From: Phallusia mammillata
Taxonomy: Eukaryota
Reading direction: 5' to 3'
NCBI GenBank assembly: GCA_965637545.1
Contig: OZ281498.1
Span: 18,538,001-18,602,000, forward strand
Length of the DNA stretch: 64,000 nucleotides
The position numbers and the translations under genes were made by a program. Shown in pieces: positions 12,071 through 23,845 of this stretch; the stretch's first letter is position 1; each line of letters starts with the position of its first letter. The notes beneath the pieces were generated by a model. It had not been told where the DNA came from. It searched no databases and worked only from the letters and a program-made list of their open reading frames with translations.

Positions 12071-15000
12071 TCACGTGATTTTTCTCAGCGATGTTCTGTC
12101 TTCGTCTTTTTCGTACGCAACGTTCGCCACGCCGTTAAATTCGGCGGAATCGGCACCATCGGCACCATCGGCCGCGTCGTCGCCGGTTCTAACCCACTGA
12201 CAGCCTCGTCGCTTGCATATGAGGTAACAGACCACAACGAAGAAAGAAACAAACAGCTGCACTGCCGCGTACATAACAGGGAAAAGAAAGATGGAGTCAA
12301 AGTCCGGTGATGAAATACTGAGAAGGTTTAAAAAAATCGCGATTAAAGACGAAAAAGTCGAAGGGTAAACTTTAGTTTCAGAATAACAAAACTTTTTGAC
12401 ACTATATATTTAAACCAGGGGTATGTGTGCTCTTTTGTTTAGGCATATTTATGGAACGTAACGTTTCAGAATGGTTTTAAACCTTACTCAAATAACTTAT
12501 TTCAAATTGTCACTGAATGTGCAAACATGCTCTTAAATTGCATGTTTGTATATTTTTATAGCGTACAAGAGCAAGTAAAGTTAAGAGAACCATTGTTTTA
12601 AACAGTATCATCAGAATCTTATTCAAATAGAAAAGTTGGGGATAACTTATTTACAACCGGAAGTTCTTCTATTAAAAGTTATTGGGAAGGTAACAAATTT
12701 TACCCTTCGAGCAATACTATTGTTGAATGTGTTGAAAAAAATTAACTCACTCAAAGGAGCGAACCACTATAGACGTTCCCACCGCCGAACTCTGCATGGC
12801 CGTTTCTATGGCAACCGTCCGACGTGCTTCAATCGAAAAATTCAGCCAGGGGAGGCGTGTTGCTACGTAACCAAGCACCAGGGCTAAGCTAGGGAGAAGG
12901 AGCACCACCTGACAACAAAAAATACTTGTGTAATTTACAGAATTACGGCCCAGTATACCAAGGTTTGTATGGCATTTTTCGCACAATAACATTGTATCAA
13001 AATTGTTTACTGGAAGCATTTTGTCAGTTTAATGCATTTCAGTTTAGATCACAGGTTCTCAAATGCATTTTTTTCCATTTTTAAGGTGAATATTTTAATC
13101 ATTTTACTTCCTTAAATCTAAATTCCGGGCCCAATTTGGGCTTTTCAGTTTAAAACATGAGTCTAGATCAAGCTCGAGGCTTGTATTTTCGAATTCAGTG
13201 TCGGGTTTAGGCTAATAAGTCTGCTTTGGACTAAGTAAGGTTTACTATTTTGAAGGCATATTAAAACTTTTGCCCATCACATATCCTTTACCCTAAAAGG
13301 CATGTTCAACCCTTGGGTAAGGCCCGGTTGGAAACCTCTACTTTGATTGGTTTAAACTTTAAAGAAGCAAAAATTTAAACGATAGCAAAGTGAAAAAATT
13401 GAATAGTTTGCACTGGCAATGTACAATCTCCTCAGGAATGATTATCAAGTATTTTGCAAATTGGTAAAAAAGTGTGAAACATTACAATTTAAAGTTACTA
13501 TTATTTAACCTACCAGAATTTGTTGCCAAGATATCACGTAATCGACTTTCTTGACTATTGCAAAAACGACAACCATGACAAGAATAGCTATCGATCCCAC
13601 AACCGAACAAATCTATAAATAATAAATCCAAGTTAATTTTCTAGTATAGCTGCTAAAAAAGTAGAGGTTACGCTGTATTCTTATTAAGGTGTAGATGACT
13701 ACAGATAATGTCATCAAATTTTTTTAGTTTTTAATTTAAGATAAAAGATCTATTGTACACACAATCATTGCGGTAGTGTAAAAGCAGTGGTGGAATTCAG
13801 CCGGTTCGCATCGGTTCTATAGAACCGTCTCACGAAATTTTATGAGGTCAGCGAACCGGTTAGCATTACTGGTTACTGTCAATGGGCTTTTTGTAACAGA
13901 ACCGACTGAAAAATGACTTTTGTGAAAGAACCGGCTGGCAAAACATTTGAATTCCACCACTGTGTAAAAGGTAGAGCTTGGCTTTGTTTTTATCAAGTTG
14001 TGGATGACGTCAGATTGGCGTGATGTCATAGAATAATTTGACGTACAAAACGCACGGTATTTTTAAAACTAGAAACAGAAGTGTCACAAAAGTCTGCTCC
14101 TGGCGTTATTTGTGTATTTTTTCCTAACTGAACAATACGTGGTTGGTGGACAAGGATTTAGGTTAACCAATTGGTCACTTTTTACCTTAGTGATGTATTC
14201 AGACTTTTTCGGAAATTGATACTTGACTACAGAACCAATAAGCACGGGGACAACAATCCCAAGCAGGGCGTAACCTGGAATAAAATACAGACAGTGGTTA
14301 GACGCTTGGTTAGGTTTAGTGTTGGAACTTTTCTTCGAATTGGTGTTTCTCTGGGTGAAAAGTTTACTTGAGTATTAAAAGAAGTAAACTATACAAAATT
14401 TTGTTAAACGTTTAAACGTCCATAAATAAAATGGATTTATTATGAGTCAACTGTTAGCGGTTTTGATTTCCTAAAATGAAAATTAAAATAAAACACAGCT
14501 GAGAATGGAAAATATTTTTCTAAGTAACAGAATCAGTTAAGAAAATTACATAGAATATGTGTATTTCGCTAAACTGGCATCTTCAGTTCCTACTTCAAAT
14601 GAAATCAATTAATAAAACACCACACACGTTTTATAAACATACCAAGACTTTAATCACGTTTTAATTTATTCAAACAAATAAAGAAAGGCCTGCCTACCAA
14701 GCTGGTCAAATGGGACTCGTAGATTTTCGTCTATCTGAAGTATCAGTGGAAAGACGAAAAGCCACAAAGGCATTGTTCCCAGGGCGAGAAGGGTTGATGC
14801 TGTTGTCATTACAATGCTAAATATCAAATACAGATGTGCATTAAACATTTGAATACAAAGCCCAAGTTGAGAAAGAAGCTGTTTACGAGATAGAGAAGAC
14901 AGTTGGATGAAGCAAAAGTGGTAACAAAGAATTACTCGATATGTCAGCGACTCAGTACGTTACTGGGTTATAATTTCGTTGGCTGTGTGAATTTCTGCAG

Positions 15001-16216
15001 CACTTTTGACCAAAACAAATAATAAACTGCTACCAGGCAGTGCAAGGCTTGAAATAACTGCTACCAGGCAGTGCAAGGCTTTTTTCTTGTATCTTTACAT
15101 AATCAGCCCATTTATCAACTGAAGTTTGCCAATTTGCTTGTATATCGTAAAAGCTTTGTCATAAAGATGTTGCAACAATAGGTGATGCGATTATTATCAA
15201 AAGCTTTGTTTTCGATTAGGTTACATTTAAAATCCATGTCTTGAAAACTTCGGACCTTAAAGGCAATCCCTAACTGTGCTTATAAGTTTGACGAAAGTCC
15301 ACACATTCAAATACTTGTATGCCACAAGTACCTTAAATCCATGTCTCCATCCAACCAGTAGGCCACAATATTGCTATACGCTCCACCAGGACAGGTTGCC
15401 ATAATCAGCACTCCTACCGTTTGGGCTGACGTCATTTGAACTGCCCGAGATAGCCCAAGTCCAAGAACTGTCAAAAAAGATAAAAAAGCAGGCAGTTTAA
15501 GCGACTTTGGAACGCTATTGACAGGTGATTGCGCCAGGGTCATTAATTATATGTTATTTTCAACAACGCATACAGTATGCATACATAAAAATGTACCGAA
15601 AAAACGTTTCCACACATATATGTGTTTATTTAGTAATTATACATTGGAGCATTGAACAAGTTAGCACTAAGGCTAGAACTTACGTATAATTCTTAATCTT
15701 TCAAATCAACATTTACGAAATTTAGAAAATGACACCAAAGACATTTTTAACTCCCAGAAAACCAAGCAGTGCAAATTGTTTGGTAATGTCAAAAACTACT
15801 TAACTAGGAACTTACATGGCATTATGACAAGTTGTAGGAACAAAGCTGCAGCGAATTGCTTGGGTTTCTTCATGTAGTTGATAGCCGACTTAAGCACGAC
15901 GGAACAGCCCAGACCGAACATAATAATTGCCAATATGACTCTGCATAAAAATCATGAAATAAAAATGTTTTTGGCAATGATTTTTATGAGTTTTTTTAAC
16001 TATGGCTACGCTAGCCAATACGACCGATCTCTCATCACCAGCTGCACTGATGAGACCTTATTGGTCGAAACAGTATACACTGTCTGCACCCTATCCATTC
16101 AAGTAGGCAGTTTTTGTATCGGTAAAATAACTTCTTTATGAAACTTACGCAGTTGTGATCTGTATGGCTTCGTTCGTTGCATTGTCCAGGGTGCTTGGTC
16201 CCGACGTGGTCGTCAT
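12071..16216 (-). CDS. SLC10A-family sodium/bile-acid-type cotransporter, paralog 2 (8 coding exons, ~346 aa)
   Basis: Minus-strand exons 16216-16149, 15940-15816, 15467-15332, 14816-14698, 14274-14186, 13612-13514, 12908-12751, 12317-12071; total 1041 nt. Five internal exons (125, 136, 119, 89, 158 nt) are identical in length to paralog 1. Motifs [44 protein letters not shown]. The start Met is uncertain because a splice acceptor lies 5 nt upstream. Confidence 0.93.
13785..13962. mobile_element. hAT-type MITE (178 bp) in an SLC10A-2 intron
   Basis: Perfect 14-bp TIRs CAGTGGTGGAATTC / GAATTCCACCACTG; perfect 8-bp TSD TGTAAAAG; internal (A)GAACCG repeats in both orientations. Confidence 0.93.
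15025..15081. repeat. Perfect 26-bp direct duplication (period 31)
   Basis: AACTGCTACCAGGCAGTGCAAGGCTT at 15025-15050 and 15056-15081, intronic. Confidence 0.9.
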
Positions 16217-19200
16217 GGCAACTGAAAACAAAAACATCAATTAAAATCACAACAAAGTCGAAAAAGTCATCTATTAAAGACCGTTAAAGGCTTTTAACAT
16301 GCATGTTTTATGCTTTTTTTGTTCCCTGTTTTCACCCAATGTTCAGTAACTAATAATATGCTACATACTATGTAGTACATTGCATTACAGTACAGTGGAG
16401 ATTCAACAGAAAACATCATGAGTGCTTAGGCAGCTGGACATCGCATGTGAAAAATTGACCCATTTAGATGCTTTATCGATCAATAACAAAAACAACAACA
16501 ACAGACATCGGCAGCCCCCTATTAGCGCCTGATGGATTGTCTAATTCCACTACACGTCAGATCATGGGGGATTTACCAATCAACAATGGCGATGAGTCAT
16601 AGTTTCGGTGCAGGCCTGGGGTCACGAACAACTCCCGTTTCGTTGCATGTGTAAACTGTTGCATGTGTAACTACAAACCGATATCATTACCAAAACCACT
16701 TATTATAAATTAATATTTATTTGAACGGGAATGCACTTTTTTGTTGTCGAGTGTTGAATTTGTGAAAAAACATTGGGAACACATTGAAAGTATTGGTTCC
16801 GTATCTATTACCTGTTGAACCGCTTGAATTATTGACCATTTTGACAGCTTAAACAGTTCGTTGTTCGTAGCTTCAAAACATGCCTACTATATGTGTTATA
16901 TCCTGCAACTTAATAAAGGTTAACAATAGGTAAACGAAAACACGTTTGTTGTGTGACAAGCAAAACCGAAACTATCTTATACAGAATAGCCTACTATGCT
17001 ACATAATAATTTATGCTGGATTATGCTTTTCCTGGTATAAAGTAGCTTCTGTCTAAAAAGTCTAAAAAGAAGCAGCTAACTTTTGTTCGTATTTTGAAAG
17101 CGTACAAAGTTCACTGTTGTTTACGTTCAAGCCTTCACAAACTTCTTGAGTCATGTTCTATACACCAACTAAAAATGTCGCCAGTAAATTTATTTGACAT
17201 AACGTACAGTTGCTGCTCATAGGATTGCGGAAAAAACATTTTGGCGAGCCTGTTCTTGATGATAGCCTACAAATTCGAACTCGTTTTTGCAAGGTGTTGC
17301 CATTATTAGCCTTATACGATTACATAGCACTTTAATTTTGCATGCCAGTTCCTCTTTAATGCCGACAGACAACCGATTAGATCAAAACCGTTCTTCCTAC
17401 TTGATGGTTTAAGCTGGCATGCACACAGACAATTAAGTATCTGGTATAAGACTTGTTTAGGTATCGCAGCCATGTTTCAACCATAATCACTTGGAATATC
17501 TAATTTACCGGCATTTTTTAAACATACACACTTAAGCATCTGATTTCAACGAATATGTCCGCCAGTGGTCAGATCAAGAATTTCGTTTTTCAAAAACTAT
17601 TTTGGCACTGTGAAACTTGTTTGTTTTAACAGCCTTAGGCGGCCACGGAGCTTAGATACGATTACAACAGTATCACAGACTAATTCAATATTGTTTACAA
17701 TTTGACTGCATGATACTAAATATTGCATGCTGTTTCCTATGTTATAAGCCAATTGTATGTCTAAAAAGACGAAAGCACAGCATTTTCGCAGGGTGCTTCA
17801 CCAAACCGTGTAACACTTCGTTTGCGAGCACTGTTATCGCTGTTTACACGAAAAAGCGATGGCCTTTTACGTACATGCGGTCTGGTATTTGTAGAAAAAA
17901 TAGCATTACACGAGCCTTATGTAAGGGAGGCCAATAAATCGATTGTTTTACATTTACAATGCAGGAGGCAAATCCGTTTTTAATAGCCGGTATTAAAACA
18001 GGTTGCAGATCAATATGCATGGCGGGGGAAATTCGACAAGCCAGACAACAAATTGTAAACAACAAGATGGAAACTGCTCAAAAATGTTAAATTCTTTGCC
18101 GAACAACTCCTTAAAACAGGTTTTTTAATATTAACTGCGGCTAAAAAACAAGTTTCGATTGACATAATAAACCGTGACCTCATGCATTATATGTGGGCGA
18201 AATCGATTTCCGAAAGGTTTTGCAATAAGAAATACACAGACTGATTTAAGTGTGTGCTGAATTTGTCAGCTAATTAATGTAAACTGACCTCAATTTAAGC
18301 CAGTATTTTAAAATTTAAAACCTGACCTGGCGTCGATATACCATCATACACAAATCTGATTTCGATGAATTATTCAAGACATATTTTTGATCCTCGTCAA
18401 TGTTAAGCTCTACATATGACCTTTGGCGCTACAGCAGGCTTTTCCGTTTCGTGCATCGAAGCTTACGACTTAAATTTTATCCTACTAACTCGCAAAAATA
18501 TGCACTTGTTGCTTCTTTGACTTCAGGATATTTCTACTAACGTTGCATACAGTAAACAACGTATTCGTACAAAGCTGTTGTCCGTACACTGTACATACGT
18601 CTGACACGAGTTTTGAATGCTAGCCTAGTTGGTAATTAACTGTGGTGCATAAATTACATCCCTTAACACGAGTTAATTTGTGACAAAACAACAAGGCGGT
18701 AGTTATGGTACAGCGCCGAACCAGCCCTTGGGCGCACTCCACAGTTATGTTGACGAAAATCTATAATTGTTCATTTAAGAGACCACAATTTGTATGCAAC
18801 ACATTTCGTGATGACGTAATGGGTATTTTTGGCATAAAAACAAAATTTGTCCCTTAAAGCAATTGGATAACTCATTGGTAAGGATAACTCACCGTTTAAC
18901 GAACAGTAGAATAACAAATTATAAAGGGGGTATAGTTAAAGACTCATTAATGATGGTACTGTTAAAACAATACAACGCTTTAGTGGCTTTGTGGTTTAGG
19001 TACACGTCACAGTTAGTTAAGTGACTATTCTGGTGAACACTTGCAATCAGACTCCTAATAAGCTGCTCAGGCGTTTGCTGCACAAAACAACACCCCTGTA
19101 AACAGCAGTTACTGCCTCTTCGCCTCATTTGTGTGTGTTCCGTTTTGTTGTAAATCAGTTGGTTCCTACTTAGCACAAGAATGCAAAAACACTTGACTGT

Positions 19201-19654
19201 AACCACTGTTCAAAGGCTTTTTCACTAAACCAAATCTTAAAGACAAGCACTGTACATTTTGTGGCACTAGTTTGCAGATATCAATGTATACAAGTGCCAT
19301 AGGCTCATAGGCAATGTACTTTCACAACCATACTGGAAAACTACACTACAACTCAAGTTTCTTTAAACGCAGAACATGTACTGTGTCACTTCTACACCAC
19401 ACAATGTAACTCTGATTTTGTCGCACAACCTAAACAATAGAACCTATACAGTTATACACAACCACAGCAGGAAGTCCAAGCTTAAGTTACAAATGCTGCA
19501 CTGATTTTCAGTCAACTCAGTTATGTTTGCTAGTAGTGGTCATATGACAATTTTCGGGCCTTGCTTTGCCAAACCTACTTTGTGTACCGCCAGGCATTGT
19601 GCTATTGTGTTCTGTAGCACAAGATGTGATGACCAGTGAACAATAAGACGAGTG

Positions 19655-19760
19655 GAAATAATCTGTGACGTCACGTAGCGCGTACATTCATTCAACAATT
19701 GGGCACGCGCGCAGTGAGCCATGACAAGCGCTCTGTTCGTGTTACGGTCTGTTGAACACT
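19655..19760. promoter_or_regulatory. Candidate promoter/regulatory island between the divergent SLC10A-2 and 7-TM genes
   Basis: Locally GC/CpG-rich with TGACGTCA (19666-19673) overlapping CACGTA, followed by GCACGCGCGC. No transcript evidence. Confidence 0.3.
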
Positions 19761-22089
19761 GTATTTCTTGTGGTTTTTATGAGATTTTTCGGTCTATTGG
19801 CTGATTTTTTTGGTGAATTTCTCGTGGTCGTAAACGTGGGTGCTGGCATTATTGGTAAAAAAATATTCTGCTAATGTCTAACTTTGATTGTTGTGATTCT
19901 GTTGTGTGCCATATTTTCATTTATCTATACATGTAGTTGCATCAAGTTCATGGTGTATTGGTGTACATGTGATCCACGTTTTTGCACGCTTGGGGTCACC
20001 AAATGTAGCGAGGTGTTTATTCGAGGTACATCGTAATAGAATAACACAATGAGCGAATACGCCGCATAAGACGAGAGTCAGAGAAAGAAGGCAATCTGTC
20101 CGGTTCGCTGTAGTATGAAAGCACACGATAACGGTAGTGAGAGAGGCCGCTACACAGCTATATTTTGACCTCTAATTACTTATTTTTTGATAATTATAAA
20201 TTTTAGCAGTATGAAATCACCAAACTAGTTGTAAAAGTTTTACCAAAACAATATTCTTTGCACTTTGCTTGTTTTTTTGGGTTTGTTGGCGTATCTTTTA
20301 ACAAAATTTGAAACCCTATTGCTAGACAGAATACAAAGGGACTGACTCAAATTTACCCAAGTATTGTTACTAGTTAAAGCAATTGCTCCTTAGCTCAAAA
20401 TGTTTAGTCGTTTGTATTTAGAATGAAGATGTGAGAGGTATGGTAATGAACGTAATAATGTTTTTTGAAGCCTTTAACATCACCATGCTTTTGCATCGAA
20501 ACAGTATTAACAAGCTTCTTCGGAAGCGTAAAATTGGCCTGTCGCGTCCAGAACGTCTGTCATAACGGTCACAAGATGAATGGACAGCATTACCGCGGAT
20601 ATCGATCGTTGTGTGATTTGCCCAAGCAAATTTAGGGCTTCCGCGTTGTCCGGCCCTCCTAGAAACGATCCATAGAGCTGAGTCCACTGACTAATGCTAC
20701 AAATTAAACCCGGAGGGAAATAAAACGACGTTCACATTTTTTGCTGTTTTGATGGAGTTAGCGACGAAGGTGTTGTTATCTAAAGGCGTTTGTGTTTTTC
20801 AGGGAGTTGAACATAATGTTTTTCTTTTATCTTTGCTGCTTTTTTGTTTTTTGTAACAAAATGGTTTATCTTAATTTTGCGTTAAGTAAGTGTACGATAT
20901 GTTTAAGTTACAGGCATTCACCACAGTTCTAGACTTGGGATGTATTTCGTGCGTAGAAAGTTACTACTGTGCAGATGTATTACCGTGGAGTACCTACTGG
21001 TTTTAAATGCTGTTTTTGGTATCTGTTTGTGGAATTTTAAAGGTGTTCTAGCATGACAACCGTAGCCGCTTAGGAAACACAAAATTCCCACACAATCTTC
21101 ATCGAGAAAATGTCAACAATAATCTGACAACAGCAAGTGGTGCGCAACTCCGTCTAATCGAGTTTTTGCGTGTAATTTAATGCATCGATTCTTCTCAAGC
21201 CAAAGTTTCTAGCGTCAACCACTTGCGACTAAGGAAGCCCGCAGTAAAAGAACACAGCATGTTATTTGTTAGGTAGATAGTTGCAGATTGCAGAACCAGA
21301 TAGTTTTTGTCAGTGTCACGAAGAATTATTTGCGTGAAACAGCAAAATTCTACATTACGACTTATGTACAGAAAAATGTTTATTAGACAGGCAATCTGTA
21401 TTTCACAGCTAAAATTTGTTGACACGCTGTTTGGACTAACCCTGTGTATGTATGAGTAATTTCTATCTTTTGGTAATGTGCAAGTCGCCGCTTAAATTAA
21501 AGTAAACGTACGTGATTGGCATCGAAGAAATATTTATTTCAATAACAGATATTAGCATCATGAACGAGATTTTATTAATGTATTCCTCTTCAATAAGCAC
21601 GTTTTATTGTATTTAGTGCATTCGCTTTAGTGCTGTAGCAGGCTTTTAGGTATTATTAAAAAGCATCTTCTGTTGGATTATAGACATTATCCCTTTTAAG
21701 AGTAAAAATAGGAGTTTGAAAATGTTTTGTCGAAAATAAAAGATCACAGAGATAAGGAGCGCCTATCAATCATTTCCACGTTAAGAAAGCTTGAATTTCA
21801 CACTTGAAAACATGAAAAGGGATAGATATGAAAAAGAACAGTCAGTGCAAACACGATTTTAAACCATAGCAAAACCTTGAAATAAATAAAATTTGTACAT
21901 ATGAGATCGGTTTAACATTTTCGTTGATTTCTTCTTGTACGATATAAGCATATATAGATTGTTACGCATTGCGGACAATAGCATGCTATAAAACAATTTT
22001 AGGCCCATTACAACACGTCAAGTTAGTCAGGCAACATTCATCATTTAACTACAGTTCCCTTTTCTGTCGCTTTTTCGAGACTAAGGTCT

Positions 22090-22360
22090 TCCATTTAAAA
22101 TGTGTACAAAGGCAGCTTGAGACCGGCAGGCGACATATGGTACAAATACCCGGTTATCCATTACGAAATGCGGATTTAATGCGTAAGGGTCACATGGATC
22201 ATATTTCCTGGGATTAAATCCCCAAGCTTTGACCACCCTGATACGTTGTCAGTTGGACTGGACAGGTTTTGTCTAAGAATAGGAAAATGGAGAATTTCAA
22301 GTACCAAGCATTTTATTTCTTGCCAATTTGAGGGCATTAGGAGTTTAGGCTTACCTTTGT
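22090..22360 (+). mobile_element. Decayed RTE-type LINE 3' fragment
   Basis: Frameshifted translation gives LKCVQRQLET...TLIRCQLDWTGFV...KHFISCQFEGIRSLGLP, matching the RTE C-terminal pattern QLRWAGHV.RM...PK.L...L..G.R..G.P; several stops. Confidence 0.5.
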
Positions 22361-23845
22361 AGTTTTTCAATAGACCCAGAAAGATTGTAATAACTTACTA
22401 GCCTAACTTTAACTAAGTTGCTTGTTGTTAGGAAAGATTCAAGAAAAAACAATGAAATGTTCGCAGAAGTTTCAAACGTCTGCACTGAAACCGTTTCAGT
22501 TTTCAAAGTTGCAGAAACAGAACCTCTTAATTGTAAACGTTTACCAACACCTAACCCCGTAGAGGTTTTTGTTCAAAGATAGCAAACTTTCACTTAAAAT
22601 CACAAGCATGCTTTCATCCATAATTTATACAGAGGTAAGAATCTAATTGCCGTTGGCGCTTGTGTATATTGCATTTCAACACAGGCTTAGAGCTGTTCTG
22701 TAAAAAGAAAAATTCATAGTTGTTTCTAATATCCAAATTTTCCAAAAAATGTTCAAAGTGCGAATGCGTGTGAAAAACTGAAACCGATCAGCTGTGACGT
22801 CACAATATATGTGGTTCATTTCAGCCGTTCTGGACTGTTGCATTATGAACAAGATGCATTATTTTTATTTTGGCAGCTTTCGCTGTCTTCTAGGTGTACT
22901 GATAGCAGACAATGTAGCTGTTGTTTTATGATTGTCTTGTTTTATCAGTTGATTTTTAAGGACAGGACATTATGCATTTGTAAAGAAGTTGATTTACACC
23001 CACAAGCAAGTTAATGTAATTGCTGGTATTCTGTCTATTTTTATCAGAAAGTCGTTCAACGCCAGTTTTCAGCTGAGACTATTTCATACTTGCTATCAGT
23101 GTGTTTGTATGTTATAATATTACACCTAACATAGTGCTATAGTATCGAACAGTAGACATAAAAAATGTAAGGTCGTTATCAAGATTTATCGATTTTAGTT
23201 CTACAGCGAAAGTGGGTTGATATTTGAAAACGAAAAATCGGGTATTGTTGGCAGATAAACGTTTGGCATCGGACTATCCTTAGGGAATGATTTGGTACGT
23301 GTGAATGCGGTTGACTGTTTTGTGTGGAATGTTCGTTGTGTTTTAAATAGCAAAGTGCTTGGCAAAGGCTAGCACTCGCATAAAATAAAGAGCAAATTAG
23401 GGAAAGGCAAGTGTTTACACAAAAAGTGTGCGTTTATTTGTAGGGTAAAAAATGTGAGGTTCACATGTTATTTATTTTTGCTATATTTTAAATTGGTAGA
23501 TTTCAATATATTGTTTTGTGCATTGTAGAACAAAAGGCATTAGATAATCAAAACTAACTGACCAATTTAAATTTCATGAAGTATGACTTTTTTGGTAACA
23601 TGATTTAGTTTTCGAAAATTGTTAAGACAAAAATGCTATCTAAGAATAATTTTACTATTAAGGCATCTTATTGCACGTTTTTAAGGAACAGTGGTCACCT
23701 GTCTTACACATGGCTTTTTTTCTTTCTCAGGACCCACAACAGTAGACAAATCTTGTAAATAATAGATGAAAAAATACCAAAGCAAGCACTTGAGACACTG
23801 GATTCCACACCTTAGCCGTTTTACTTTTCAAACTTATAAGTTAAG

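Noticed and set aside
20440-20570. Short + ORF MVMNVIMFFEAFNITMLLHRNSINKLLRKRKIGLSRPERLS and overlapping minus ORF 20418-20687
   Set aside because: No family resemblance or splice partners; at most a uORF in an unverified 5'UTR exon of the 7-TM gene.
22811-23014. QCSCCF as a possible GPS/GAIN motif upstream of the 7-TM gene
   Set aside because: Lacks the HLT/S-F cleavage motif and compatible splice sites.
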